Positions 43,529-54,204 of a stretch of 64,000 bases of DNA are shown in pieces. The notes beneath the pieces are model-generated. The model searched no databases. It was given only the letters and a program-made list of their open reading frames with translations, and was not told the DNA's origin. The position numbers were made by a program, and so were the translations under genes. Source of the DNA: an uncultured delta proteobacterium (lineage in GTDB: Bacteria > Myxococcota_A > Polyangia > Polyangiales > Houyiibacteriaceae); NCBI GenBank assembly GCA_963699755.1, contig CAVOVB010000001.1, forward strand, positions 1,536,001-1,600,000, read 5' to 3'. The stretch's first letter is position 1. Every line of letters starts with the position of its first letter.

Positions 43529-43649
43529 GAACGGTTTGGCCGAGCTCGTTGCTGTCGCTTAACCGGTGAGCTTGCTGGTCACTCCGAACCCGCGCCCGCT
43601 GCCCGACTCTCTTAGCCCTCGGCGACTCGACGGCGCGCCCGGCACGTCT

Positions 43650-44750
43650 CTAGCTGCCTTGGCCCAAGTACTGCTTCAAGATTTGCGTCCATTGGTCCGT
43701 CTCCATGAACGCCAAGAGGGCTCTATTCAGCGACTCGCGCAGCTGGCTACCGGGCGGCACGGCCATGCCCATGTAGTGGTGATCGAACGTCCCAGGTAGC
43801 ACTTCCACTCGTCCCAGGAACTCGTTCTTCGCCAGGTACTTCACGACGGGCCCTTGGAAGACAAAGGCGTCCGTTTCCGCGTCTACGAGTGACTTCAAAC
43901 CATCCCGCGGATTCCCGAACGAACGCGCCTGCTTGATTCCCTTTTTCATGAGGTAGGCTTCGGCGCTCGATTCGGCCACGGTGCCGACGCGAGCAGTCGC
44001 CAGATCGTGCATTCCGCGCACCTTGCCGCTCAACTCACCGACGGTCAGCGAGCTAGAGATGGCCGCCGTGAAGCCAGAGATCGAAATGATCGCTGCAAAC
44101 ATCCAAACGACCCCGACGATCCGGCCGCCTGCGGTCTTCGGCGCTAAATCTCCGTAGCCGACTGTGGTCATCGTGACGGCAGCCCACCAGATGCCCTGCG
44201 CAACCCCTTTGGCGGGCCCGCCGCCGAACATTTCGGGGTTCCGGCGGCGTTCGAAAAGCCATACGGCGACACCGGCGATTAGCCACAGAAGGAGCAGCAA
44301 ACCAATGACCTGGAGGAATTCCACGGAGAAAAAACGACGGGCAACACGGAACCAGCCTTGTTGGGCTTTTCGCGCAGGGACCACGATCGCGGCTCCCGAC
44401 ATGTAGTAGGCATCTGAGAAGTCCACCACGACTTCGCGTTCCTCCGTCACCGCGACTAGCGGTGTCAGGTCGAGGTCGCCTTTGACGAAGTCCTCCGTCA
44501 GCGCTTGGACACTGCCATATTCGCGCAGCTCGAAGTCGACACCCATCTCATCGGCAACCTCACGCCAGAGATCGACGGCGATGCCTTCCCAGTGACCATC
44601 GACGGTCTTCATCGCGAAGGGCTCTAAAGCGACCACACCGACCCGCAGTGTCTCCGACTGGATGCCGTCGTCTTGCGCGGATAGTTTGCCGGGCAGCAGC
44701 GCGACGACGCAAAGCGTGATGATTCCTACGACCTTGTGATATTCACCCAT
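43650..44750 (-). CDS. Ligand-gated K+ channel, GluR0-like
   Basis: Split solute-binding domain around two TM helices with the filter TMTTVGYGD. Confidence 0.88.
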   Translation of the reverse strand: MGEYHKVVGIITLCVVALLPGKLSAQDDGIQSETLRVGVVALEPFAMKTVDGHWEGIAVDLWREVADEMGVDFELREYGSVQALTEDFVKGDLDLTPLVAVTEEREVVVDFSDAYYMSGAAIVVPARKAQQGWFRVARRFFSVEFLQVIGLLLLLWLIAGVAVWLFERRRNPEMFGGGPAKGVAQGIWWAAVTMTTVGYGDLAPKTAGGRIVGVVWMFAAIISISGFTAAISSSLTVGELSGKVRGMHDLATARVGTVAESSAEAYLMKKGIKQARSFGNPRDGLKSLVDAETDAFVFQGPVVKYLAKNEFLGRVEVLPGTFDHHYMGMAVPPGSQLRESLNRALLAFMETDQWTQILKQYLGQGS

Positions 44751-44844
44751 GACCCGACGGCGGTTACCGTGCTGGCCCAGAATGTCAAGATGTCTCGATC
44801 GATGAGCCTACGCACCCCGCGGGCGCTCGCCGACTCGGACGGTG

Positions 44845-46071
44845 TCAATTGATCTTGATGGCGAGGCTGACGACCACTTGATAGTCGTTCTTCTTAGGCA
44901 CGGTCCCGTCCGATCGTGGCTCTGGATCCCGGGTTCGCAGGAATAGGAACGAGTTGACGAAGTTGAACATGTCCGTGATCTCGACGCTCACCTCCGCCGT
45001 CCCTGTGTGGTTCGTCTGTCCGAAGCTCGTGTAGACGAGATTGGTGCGCCAGTCGAAGGTGAGCTCGACGTTGTCGTTCAGAAACTCCAGCTTCCAATGA
45101 GTTCGGAACATGATGAATCCATCGTTCTGCGGGTTGTCGACTCCAGGTACGGTCGAGATCAATCTGAGAAACTGATACCCAAGGCCGCTCTGCATGTCCC
45201 ACTCGAACTGGTTCGTATGTTTTCTTCTCTGCCTGGTCTTCTTGAAGACATAGACCCCGGCCCCCACGCCGGGAGTCGCTCGCAGCTTGATGTTCTGGAA
45301 CGGATCGTGGAGAAGCTGCCCGTCGATCGGAATCAGATAGAAACGGTCCCAGAGGAACAGAGCGGTATCGAGCCCGCCGAGGTGCCGATTGACGTTGAGC
45401 TCACCGTCGGTGTACGCCACGGTTCCATTGTACCTGACCGCTTCGAGCGAGTGGCCATCTTCACGCGCCAGCCTCCATTGCGTCGTGACCGAACCCTGGT
45501 TTGTATTTCCCGCATTGGCAGAGAACCCGAGGCTGAGCATCGTCGACCACCATGTCCGCTCCCGAGGCGGTCCCTCGGAGATCGAGACGAGCTCACTGCG
45601 AGGATGTGTCACGACGCCTTCGTTGGTCTCGACAATGACCAGGTCTTTGGTGATCATGGCCTTGCCCGAGACTGTGGTCTTGTTCTTGAACACGTAGCTC
45701 TTGATCTTGGGAGAATGGACGCCGGCGATGTCCGCCCAACTAAGCGTCAGGCCGTCGAGCTTGTTGCTGTAGAAGTTCACGTTCTTGCCGGCTTCGAGCC
45801 CTTTTGGACGCAGCCAATGTAGGTCGCCCCTCAGCCATTCACCCGTGTTGAGCTCGATCCAGTCGTCGGTATCGCCAAACTCCAGCCTGTAGTCGCTGCT
45901 GAGGCCCTCGGTGACCTGTCGCTCGGCCTGCTTCATGGCGGCCTGGACACTCGTCGGGTCTCCGCCCGGCTGGGCCTCCGCCACACGGGGAAGACAGCAC
46001 GCGCTGAGAGCGACGGCCGCGAGCGCCATGGGTCCGACTCTGCGCTTCGCTGTAGGTCCCGAGTCCTGCAT
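44845..46071 (-). CDS. DUF481-like outer-membrane beta-barrel protein
   Basis: Signal peptide, GFSANAGNT and alternating beta-strand pattern. Confidence 0.7.
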   Translation of the reverse strand: MQDSGPTAKRRVGPMALAAVALSACCLPRVAEAQPGGDPTSVQAAMKQAERQVTEGLSSDYRLEFGDTDDWIELNTGEWLRGDLHWLRPKGLEAGKNVNFYSNKLDGLTLSWADIAGVHSPKIKSYVFKNKTTVSGKAMITKDLVIVETNEGVVTHPRSELVSISEGPPRERTWWSTMLSLGFSANAGNTNQGSVTTQWRLAREDGHSLEAVRYNGTVAYTDGELNVNRHLGGLDTALFLWDRFYLIPIDGQLLHDPFQNIKLRATPGVGAGVYVFKKTRQRRKHTNQFEWDMQSGLGYQFLRLISTVPGVDNPQNDGFIMFRTHWKLEFLNDNVELTFDWRTNLVYTSFGQTNHTGTAEVSVEITDMFNFVNSFLFLRTRDPEPRSDGTVPKKNDYQVVVSLAIKIN

Positions 46072-46299
46072 ACGGCCGCGGCATATACGCTGTGCGTTCC
46101 TGCCGGCAACAAGGCTGCGGTGTTTCCAAGAGATCTGATAAAAAAAGATCTGACCCAGGGTGGCGACGGACGAGGACGCGAAACGGGGCGTCCGCGGGTG
46201 TCCCGCGAGTCGGTTGCATGAGCTGCGTCGGCCGGTGGATGCCGACTATCAGCGCTGAGCAGCGATTTCGGCCTCAGCGAACGTACTGCCTCTCCCAAA

Positions 46300-46533
46300 C
46301 ACCGCACTCCGACCGCACGGCGCCAACAAGTACACGCATACCTTTCCCGGGGGCTGACGCCGCTGGTGAACGACTTCTGGTCCATCACCATGTATACCGA
46401 TGACAATGGCTGGTGGTTCTATCCCAACCCGCTCAACAAGCTCACCGAGAGCATGCGTAATCAACCGAAGTTCAACGACGACGGGTCGCTCACGCTCTAC
46501 TTCCAGCACGAATCGGGATTGACCACCTCGTAA
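46300..46533 (+). pseudogene. DUF1214 C-terminal fragment
   Basis: FYPNPLNK...KFNDDGSLTLYFQHES with no start, in broken frames. Confidence 0.6.
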
Positions 46534-46630
46534 GCGACGCAGTCGGGTAAGCCGGCTCCGATTCATGCGCTGCTTACGGATGAAGCGTTTGCCGGACCCG
46601 TCCGCTCGGTGCCTAGCATCGGCTCTCAGC

Positions 46631-47281
46631 TCAATTGGTTTCGCCCGAGGAGAGCCCGCCCGAGCGAGAGCGAAACGGATCGCGGAGGAAATTGTAGAAG
46701 TGGGCGAACGGAATCAGAACGAATACGAGCGTGCCGAGCCTAACGTCGAGCCGCGCGACGAGAACACCGAGGACCATCCCAGCCGCGTGAACGCGGAGCT
46801 CCACCCGCATCCTCCGAGCGAGCATCGCTGTCTGAGAGCTCTTTTGAGTTTCGGGCATAGACGCGATGCGACTCCACATGCGCTCGATCACGAACGTCGC
46901 GAGCACATTGATTAGGGCGAAGTACAGAACCGCCCTCCAGTCAGTGCGCATGATTCCCATGAGCTGGGTGACGAAGGGAAGCAGCGTGATGGGCAAGAGA
47001 AGCAGGAGATTGAGGACGAAGGTTCCCCGGTCGATCTGCTTGAGCCCGGCAGTAAAGAGACTTTGTTGGGACCAATACATCCCCACCAGCCAAAAGGTGA
47101 CGAAGTAGATGAGGAGCTGGTGGAGGAGCTTTTCGCGCTCCATTGCCAGCGCAGATCCAGTCAGAACGGCGTCCGAAGGCATCTCGATCCCGAGGACCAG
47201 CACAGTAATGACAACCGCGAACACGCCGTCGCTGAAGGCAGCCATCCTGTCTATCGGGACGAATCTAGGCAAGGGTTCCAT
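46631..47281 (-). CDS. TMEM175 (DUF1211) family K+ channel
   Basis: RMAAFSDGVFAVVITVLVL signature. Confidence 0.88.
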   Translation of the reverse strand: MEPLPRFVPIDRMAAFSDGVFAVVITVLVLGIEMPSDAVLTGSALAMEREKLLHQLLIYFVTFWLVGMYWSQQSLFTAGLKQIDRGTFVLNLLLLLPITLLPFVTQLMGIMRTDWRAVLYFALINVLATFVIERMWSRIASMPETQKSSQTAMLARRMRVELRVHAAGMVLGVLVARLDVRLGTLVFVLIPFAHFYNFLRDPFRSRSGGLSSGETN

Positions 47282-47481
47282 GTCCAACCTCCGAAGTAGA
47301 TGCTTGGAGACTTCTTGTAGTTGAAGTCCCGGCGAATGCCAGTCTGAAACGAGATCCGACCTAGGTTGAGAAGCTGTCACCAGCAAGCCGTCGGTTTACC
47401 CATTCGAAACAAAATGGGCCAATCAAAATTGTGGAATCGCGACAAGACAAATTTGTGGATTGAGATACGTTTCGCGCCGAG

Positions 47482-48633
47482 ATGACGACAGCATCGCGAA
47501 TAGCCATCCGTTTATTTCCTGTTTGTCTGGCCTGCGTCATGACTGTGGTCTTGCTGTCGAGTTGTACGAAGGTCGGTCCCAAATCGATCCGCAAGACGCG
47601 CTTCGACTACAACTCGGCCATCATCGATACCCGCAACGAGCAGATGCTCGCGAACCTCGTCCGACTCCGCTATCGCGACACCCCCTATTTCATCGAAGTG
47701 TCGAGCGTCGCGACCCAGTACGTGCTGGGTATTGCAGGCTCGGCATCGGTAGGCGGAATCGGTGGGCCGGACAATAAGGCAGTGGGAGGCGTTGGGGGCG
47801 ACGTGTACTACGAAGACCGACCCACCATCACGTACACGCCGCTTCAAGGCGAAACGTTCGTGAACCGCCTGTTGTCGCCCGTACCGATGGGGGCGATTGT
47901 GCTCCTCAGTCACTCGGGTTGGCGGTTCGAACGTCTCCTGCGCTGCTGTGTCCAACGGATCAACGACGTGTGGAACGCGCCTACTGCGGCTGGGCCGACG
48001 CCTGATCTCGCGCCGGACTTCGAGCGATTCGTCGAAGTTGCAACACTGTTCGACGAAATGAGCCAGGCCGACGCGTTGGATTTGCGTTACCGGCGCCTCG
48101 GTCCCGAAGAGCCCCTCGACACGATCCCGCTCGGGGACCCAGAGACGCCCTTTGTGATGACCCTGGTATTCGGGGACGCTCCCGAGATCGCCGAGCAATC
48201 GAAACGCTTGAAAGAGATTCTGGGTATCCGGTCGGACCTCAACGAGTTCTTCTTGACGACGAACCCGACCTATCGCTCGCCTCGCGAAATCGGCATTTTG
48301 CCGCGCGCGCTCATCGGCGTGATGAGCTATCTCTCGCAGGGCGTCGAGCCGCCCCCGCAGGACGTCGAAGCCGGCAAAGTGACGGTGACCCGATATCGCG
48401 ACGGAACCGAGTTCGAATGGCGAGAGCTGACCGGCGCGGTGTTTCGGGTCGCCTCGAGCGACCAGGTCCCAAACGACGCCTTCGTCCGTGTGGAGTATCG
48501 CGGGACCTGGTTCTACATCGAGGACTCGGACCTCAACTCGAAGTCGACGTTCAACTTGCTCGATCAGCTCTTCCAACTGCAGTCCGGGAACACGAGGAAA
48601 GCCGGGCCTGTGCTCACACTGCCACTCAACTGA
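47482..48633 (+). CDS. Conserved hypothetical lipoprotein
   Basis: Lipobox LSSC, NLVRLRYRDTP and PTITYTPLQG. Confidence 0.75.
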   Translation: MTTASRIAIRLFPVCLACVMTVVLLSSCTKVGPKSIRKTRFDYNSAIIDTRNEQMLANLVRLRYRDTPYFIEVSSVATQYVLGIAGSASVGGIGGPDNKAVGGVGGDVYYEDRPTITYTPLQGETFVNRLLSPVPMGAIVLLSHSGWRFERLLRCCVQRINDVWNAPTAAGPTPDLAPDFERFVEVATLFDEMSQADALDLRYRRLGPEEPLDTIPLGDPETPFVMTLVFGDAPEIAEQSKRLKEILGIRSDLNEFFLTTNPTYRSPREIGILPRALIGVMSYLSQGVEPPPQDVEAGKVTVTRYRDGTEFEWRELTGAVFRVASSDQVPNDAFVRVEYRGTWFYIEDSDLNSKSTFNLLDQLFQLQSGNTRKAGPVLTLPLN

Positions 48634-48691
48634 CGAAGCGCCTGGGCCCTTTAGTCTTACCCACTAAGCTAGCGCCACGGAGCAATCTGCA

Positions 48692-50545
48692 ATGACCGAA
48701 CGTCTGCTTTTCACACGACCGTCTTCGCGAATCAGTGTTGTATTCATCCTGGCGGCCCTCACGGTACTGACTCTTCCGCTTGGTGCGGGAGCCGGCGAAA
48801 GCGGCGGCCCTGAAACGCACCCGCTCGAGCCACCCGATGTCTCCTCACCCGAAGCGACGCTGAACACGTTCTTGACCGAGGCCACGGCCGCGATTGAGGC
48901 ATCCTACGAGGGAAAGCGAGAGGCGGTAGGGGCCCACCGCGACCGCCTGTTTCAGACTCTCGAGGTCGACCGACCAAGCAGCGAGCCCGAGCTTCGCGCG
49001 TTGGTCGAGTCTTCACTTTACCTTTTCGAGATTCTCATTCGCATCGACATTCCGGCTCGCAAGGAGATTCCGGGTCCGGACCTCGATCCGGAGCGCATGC
49101 CTGCGTACTGGACGATTCCCCCTACCGAGCTTCGCATCGTGCGGATCGACTCGGCTGTCGGGGCACCGCCGCAGTATCGGTTCTCGGCCGAGACAGTCGC
49201 GCGCCTGCCGGAATTTTTCGAAAGAGCAAAATCGCTGCCCGTCAAGAAACGCTTTGCGAAGTTCGACGGCGTGCAGGAGAAGTATCGCCTTCAGCCAGGA
49301 TTCGCGGCACCGGCGTTTTTTCATCGTGCGGTCGAAGCGCTGCCACCTCGCTGGTTTATGACCTTGGGTGGCGTCCCGCTCTGGAAGTGGAGCGCGCTGA
49401 CCATCCTCGTTCTCATGGGCCTGATCTTCTTCAGCCTGACCTACAGATTGACCGGATTCATCGCCGACCGGGAGCGATCGACCTCGAGCGTGACTGCGCG
49501 GCTCCGCGCGCTTCGCCCCGTCGTCGCCATCGCGTTGATCGCATTCGTACAGCGGGGGGTCGCCGACTGGATCCGTCTCACAGGCGCTGAGCGAGCGGTG
49601 ACCATCGGCCTGCTCTCCGCGCTCGGTCACCTCGCGGCCATCTGGTTGCTGTTCACGGTCGCAAGGCTCGTCGCCGACGCCGTCATTCACGTGCGTGACA
49701 TGAGAGCCTATGCCCTCGATGCCCAACTCGTGCGTCTGATTTCCAAGCTCGGTGCCGTGCTGCTCACGGTCTATGTGCTGATGAGCCTGGCAGAAAGCCT
49801 CGGTGTGCCTGTGGCCCCCATGCTCGCCGGGCTCGGCGTCGGCGGCTTGGCGGTCGCGCTTGCGATACGCCCGACACTGGAGAACGTCATCGGAGGCTTC
49901 ATCCTGTTCGCCGACGCGCCAGTCCGGGTCGGCGAGTTGTGTCGATTTGGTGACACGCTCGGGACGGTCGAGGCGATCGGCCTGCGTTCGGTTCGGGTGC
50001 GCGGACGCGATCGCACGGTGATCACCATCCCGAATGCCGACTTCTCCCAGCTCGAGCTCACGAACTTGTCGCGCCGAGATTCCATCCTGCTACAGACCAC
50101 CCTCCAGCTTCGCTACGAAACCACGCCCGACCAATTGCGACTCGTCCTCGTACGGTTACGCGAGCTCTTGATCCAGCACCCCAAGGTTTTGCGCGATCCG
50201 GCGCGCGTACGATTCGTGGGGTACGGTAGTTCGTCACTCGATGTCGAGGTCTTCGCGTACGTCGCGACTCAGGATCGCAACGAGTTCTTCGCGATCCAAG
50301 AAGACGTGATGCTGCGCATCAAAGACATCGTGGAAGACGCAGGCTGCGGCTTTGCCTTCCCCTCTCAAACCCTCTACCTGACGCAGTCTGAAGACCCCGA
50401 TCCGGAGCTCGCCAAGGCTGCCGAGGCGGAGGTCGCGCGCTGGCGAGACGAAAACCGCCTGCCGTTTCCCGATCATGATGCCGACATCCGCAGCGAGCTC
50501 GCCGACACACTCGACTACCCTCCCAAAGGCTCGGGCACGGAATGA
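48692..50545 (+). CDS. MscS family mechanosensitive channel
   Basis: GLGVGGLAVALA, IGLRS.R.R, IPN and FAFPSQT. Confidence 0.92.
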   Translation: MTERLLFTRPSSRISVVFILAALTVLTLPLGAGAGESGGPETHPLEPPDVSSPEATLNTFLTEATAAIEASYEGKREAVGAHRDRLFQTLEVDRPSSEPELRALVESSLYLFEILIRIDIPARKEIPGPDLDPERMPAYWTIPPTELRIVRIDSAVGAPPQYRFSAETVARLPEFFERAKSLPVKKRFAKFDGVQEKYRLQPGFAAPAFFHRAVEALPPRWFMTLGGVPLWKWSALTILVLMGLIFFSLTYRLTGFIADRERSTSSVTARLRALRPVVAIALIAFVQRGVADWIRLTGAERAVTIGLLSALGHLAAIWLLFTVARLVADAVIHVRDMRAYALDAQLVRLISKLGAVLLTVYVLMSLAESLGVPVAPMLAGLGVGGLAVALAIRPTLENVIGGFILFADAPVRVGELCRFGDTLGTVEAIGLRSVRVRGRDRTVITIPNADFSQLELTNLSRRDSILLQTTLQLRYETTPDQLRLVLVRLRELLIQHPKVLRDPARVRFVGYGSSSLDVEVFAYVATQDRNEFFAIQEDVMLRIKDIVEDAGCGFAFPSQTLYLTQSEDPDPELAKAAEAEVARWRDENRLPFPDHDADIRSELADTLDYPPKGSGTE

Positions 50546-50704
50546 AGCGTGCCGTACACGACCTCACCCGGGCTGGCGTCGAGCACGACTCTTGCCGCCT
50601 TTTCCCAACGAGCTCGGCAGTCGCAGCCGCCGACGGATGACGGCCGAACGCCACCTGGGTGGGGTCGTTTCAACTGCAGTCCGGAAACGTGAGCAGTCGC
50701 GGGC

Positions 50705-50750
50705 CTCTTAGCCCCTGGGGACAATTCTAAGCGCCGAATTGCGCGGTACT
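50705..50750 (-). repeat. 46-bp site, copy 7
   Basis: Reverse complement AGTACCGCGCAATTCGGCGCTTA-GAATTGT-CCCCAGGGGCTAAGAG, ~80 bp after the relaxase stop. Confidence 0.9.
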
Positions 50751-50829
50751 CAATGTTGTGTCGATTTGCGGCGCACTCTAGACCGCAGTTGGCTCGCCAA
50801 TCTGCGTCTCCACTCCGTCTCCTCGCATC

Positions 50830-52077
50830 TCACAACTCTCTTTCTTCGTTGGAACGGCCTAGCTCCCGCTCTGGTCGCTGTAGAATTCGAATCGCACGGG
50901 CGTCGCGCTGCGCGGCGCGACTGGCGACGAAATGACGCCATGTGCCAGGGTGCGGAGTCTTCTGAATCGCCTTCCGTTGGACTGCGAGCTTCCGCTTGAG
51001 GGCCCGGGATTCGATGGCTCGGCGGAGCGCCAGTTGTTGTGAAAGCCGTTTTCGGTCGCGGCCCGACACGGGTAGGGCGGCGAGGAGACCTCGCTGGTTT
51101 CGATACTTCTCTTTGAGCCGCCGACGCTCGCGAGAGGCGGTGTCTCGGTAGCTGCTCCAGGCGTGTCGGCGCTGCCTTCGGGCCTGGTCGAGAGACTGCT
51201 CGTATTCCTTCCACAAGCCCTGCGGCGCGATGGCCGGGGCGGGGGAGTATCGCAGGGTCGCGGTTCTTGCGGCTTCCAGCTGATGCCCTGGCGTTGGCTG
51301 GAAGTCTCCGAACCGTTTGCAGAGGCGGGGCTTGCTGAGCTGGCGATCTACAAAAGAGGCCTTCACTCGCATGCCTTGCTCGACGTCCTCGAAGACGAGG
51401 CCGTTGCCATGCGGGCGAAGCACGACACCAAGACTGGCGCACACGTCGTGAACATCGTCCCAGCTCCGCAGCTGCCCGGCTCGAAGTGCGGGACCTAGCT
51501 CGTTCCGGGCCCAGCGAGCAAAGCTGTCGATCCCGTGCTGAGCTTCGTGGTCCGCTGCTCTCTGCGGGACTTTCTCACGATCGCGCACCTTGGACTGAAG
51601 CGGCGTGAGTCCGAGCTCTCGTTCGAGCGCACGGCCCGCGGTGAAGAGCTTCTGGTGATCCCAGGCTGGCGAGTGAATGCGAAAGGTCTCCGGATGAATC
51701 TTGTGGATGGCCACGTGCACGTGTTCGTGGTCTTTGTCGTTGTGACGGGCGGCGATGTACTGGTGACCGGCAAACCCCAACGTCTCCACAAGGTTTTCCA
51801 CAACACGCCTGAGCTCGTTCCCGTCGAGGCTTCGGTCCTCCGGGTGAAGCGAGACGACGAGGTGGTAGGTACGGTTGCTGCCCGCGCGGGTGTTCTGCGC
51901 GTTCACAGCCTCGACGAGTCGGCACGCCAGCTCGAGGTCACGGGTCCCGGTCACGCCAGGAAGATTGGCAGCCAGGAACCAGGTCGCTCGCGGCTTGTCG
52001 CTTCGACCTCGAATGTAGCGCGCGAGCTGACGAAAGCCTTTGTTGCTTGCCGATGCACGTTGGTGCCGGACAATCAC
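50830..52077 (-). CDS. MOB-P relaxase of element B
   Basis: Close paralog of 25002-26240 with all motifs intact. Confidence 0.92.
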   Translation of the reverse strand: MIVRHQRASASNKGFRQLARYIRGRSDKPRATWFLAANLPGVTGTRDLELACRLVEAVNAQNTRAGSNRTYHLVVSLHPEDRSLDGNELRRVVENLVETLGFAGHQYIAARHNDKDHEHVHVAIHKIHPETFRIHSPAWDHQKLFTAGRALERELGLTPLQSKVRDREKVPQRAADHEAQHGIDSFARWARNELGPALRAGQLRSWDDVHDVCASLGVVLRPHGNGLVFEDVEQGMRVKASFVDRQLSKPRLCKRFGDFQPTPGHQLEAARTATLRYSPAPAIAPQGLWKEYEQSLDQARRQRRHAWSSYRDTASRERRRLKEKYRNQRGLLAALPVSGRDRKRLSQQLALRRAIESRALKRKLAVQRKAIQKTPHPGTWRHFVASRAAQRDARAIRILQRPERELGRSNEEREL

Positions 52078-52421
52078 CGACGGCCCGCTAGCCGCTCCAC
52101 CGCTCGACGGACTTGGATGATGGAGTCGAGGAGCTCGAGGTTCAGCCTGTTGTGGCTCGATCGATCAGAAACGCCCTCTCGGATGGCGAGCTTGAGGAGG
52201 CCGCCGATGCGGTTGAGGTCGGCGTGCACCCGTGCAACCTCGGTGAGCGCCTGTGCATCGATGGTGCTTTTCAGGCGAGCACCCACGAGACATCGACGGA
52301 GCACCTCTGCACGCGAGTGGCTGGTTTGCTGGGCGAGGGTATCGAGCCGACTGAAATCTTCCTCATCGACACGGAACGAGACGATTCGTGACTTCGGCTT
52401 CCGTGCTCCGCCGCCTTTCAC
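52074..52421 (-). CDS. mobC: MobC/TraJ-like relaxosome protein
   Basis: Paralog of 24658-25005. Confidence 0.85.
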   Translation of the reverse strand: MKGGGARKPKSRIVSFRVDEEDFSRLDTLAQQTSHSRAEVLRRCLVGARLKSTIDAQALTEVARVHADLNRIGGLLKLAIREGVSDRSSHNRLNLELLDSIIQVRRAVERLAGRR

Positions 52422-52796
52422 TTCGTCCCTCCCTTTGTGTGTTCGCGTTCCGCACCCACCCCGACGGCCAGAACAACGCTCGCAAGCTCCAGCGCACGCC
52501 TCACGGCAAACTCGGGTGGCCCGTCGAGCACTGCGCGGGCACCCGCAACCAGCTCCGAGTGCAGCACGAGGTTCGCAAACTCGCGCAGCACCAACATTGG
52601 GATTTCGCCGCCGTCCGCTACCCGATGAAGTAGCGCGGCGGCAGCCCGACGGACGTCGTCCATGGGCACAACCCCCTTTTCATTCCGGTCACCGTGACCG
52701 AAATGAGTGCTTCGGGGACACTCGTTGACGTCTTCTGGCCGCGGGCCATGTGGAGTTTCGCTTAGAAAAAGCGGGGCATTTGGGTTCTGGTCTTGC

Positions 52797-52798
<2 letters not shown>
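52418..52798 (-). CDS. Displaced integrase B C-terminal extension (or a small ORF starting at 52663)
   Basis: In frame with the Int B sequence across the att core; homologous to 24293-24661. Confidence 0.7.
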
Positions 52799-52971
<173 letters not shown>

Positions 52972-53015
52972 CCATCTTGGTGAGCACCGAGATGTAGATT
53001 GCGTGCTGGGGTCGT

Positions 53016-53477
53016 TCAGGCGGATGCCGCTGAACGCAGGTAGTGGCGCCGGACATCGTCGCGGGTGACGAGCCAGAGGCCGATGAGATGTACTGCACTG
53101 GCGGCGAAGAACATGGTGGAGCCGAAGGTCTCGATCATGAAGAACTCGGGCCACGGCACGCTCTCCTGCACGAGGAAGGCGGAGAGAGCGTCCCAGATAC
53201 CGACGATGTTCCAGACGATGACGGCGATCCACGCGCCGATCCCATTGCCTCGCACGATGAGGTAGGCGATGAGCAAGGCGCTCACGCCGATCACGGCATC
53301 TCCAACCAGCGGCATCAGCCATGCGGACGGTGGGTCGCCAGGGCCGCCGGCTCCGGCTTGGCCGATGAACGCGACGGTCATCGCCCGGCCTGACAGGAGA
53401 AGCGTGAGGGCCAACAGGACGGCCCGCTTCGGGCCGAGACCGGCTGGCCTGGGTGTTTGCGGTGTGGACTCGGTCAT
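53016..53477 (-). CDS. Membrane protein
   Basis: Four hydrophobic segments; coupled to the upstream gene. Confidence 0.7.
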   Translation of the reverse strand: MTESTPQTPRPAGLGPKRAVLLALTLLLSGRAMTVAFIGQAGAGGPGDPPSAWLMPLVGDAVIGVSALLIAYLIVRGNGIGAWIAVIVWNIVGIWDALSAFLVQESVPWPEFFMIETFGSTMFFAASAVHLIGLWLVTRDDVRRHYLRSAASA

Positions 53478-53896
53478 GGAGCATGCCTCGCTTGAATACA
53501 GTGCTGGCCACCGAATCGACGGCCGAGCGAGTCGAGGTTGCCCTCGATCATCGGCCCGAGACCATCGGCCATGGCGTCCGGCTTCACGTCTGTGATCCAG
53601 ACCAAGGTGGATGTACCGTTGCCTTCATCGATGACCTGCATGGACGCCGCGTGGAACTCGATTGGGAAAGGCGAGTCGGTGATCGTATAGGCCACGCGCT
53701 GATGCTCCTCGTCGATGCCGACGATTGTTTCGGTGAGCTGCCCTCCGTCGGCGAGCGTACACGAACGTGTGTCGCCCGAAACGGAGCTCTTGTGGACGAT
53801 GTCCAAGAGGTCGGAGATCTGTCCGACATCGGCAACCCTGGTCCAGAGATCTTCGGCCGAGAGGTGAACGGTTACGCTTCTATAGATGGTTGCCAT
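53474..53896 (-). CDS. SRPBCC / polyketide cyclase family protein
   Basis: LWTRVADVG, R.CTLADG..L.E.I and YTIT.SP; GAGG RBS. Confidence 0.8.
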   Translation of the reverse strand: MATIYRSVTVHLSAEDLWTRVADVGQISDLLDIVHKSSVSGDTRSCTLADGGQLTETIVGIDEEHQRVAYTITDSPFPIEFHAASMQVIDEGNGTSTLVWITDVKPDAMADGLGPMIEGNLDSLGRRFGGQHCIQARHAP

Positions 53897-53907
53897 GATG
53901 CCTCCTC

Positions 53908-54135
53908 TCAAACCGCGGTCTTGGTTTGGGCCAAGTCGCGCAGATCGTCGGCCGTCATCGCCTGGCCGCCAACGCCCCACTCCCCTGGCTTCACGTCTTC
54001 AATCGTGACCCAGGTAACCGGACGCAAGCCCTCTCCTTCCACGGAGACGACCGCGTCCGTGACCTTTCGGATGAGATCCTGTTTCTGTTCCAGGGTGAGA
54101 TATCCCTCGATTCCTCTGATTTGTACGAGTGGCAT
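53908..54135 (-). CDS. 4-oxalocrotonate tautomerase family protein
   Basis: N-terminal Pro1, QKQDLI..VTDA and WGVGG. Confidence 0.88.
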   Translation of the reverse strand: MPLVQIRGIEGYLTLEQKQDLIRKVTDAVVSVEGEGLRPVTWVTIEDVKPGEWGVGGQAMTADDLRDLAQTKTAV

Positions 54136-54171
54136 TGTCGTGTTCCTTCCGCCGTGTTCTCTGGGTTTTTT

Positions 54172-54189
54172 TGGGACCGATTGGTCCTA
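54172..54189. promoter_or_regulatory. Putative TetR operator upstream of the tautomerase operon
   Basis: TGGGACCGATTGGTCCTA, matching the palindrome at 54801. Confidence 0.7.
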
Positions 54190-54204
54190 AAAAGGTAAAA
54201 AGAG

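Noticed and set aside
43607..43618. CTCTCTTAGCCC as an eighth site copy (also CTAAGAG at 55041)
   Set aside because: Only 7-12 bp match and the left arm is absent. It could be a half-site scar but cannot be supported.
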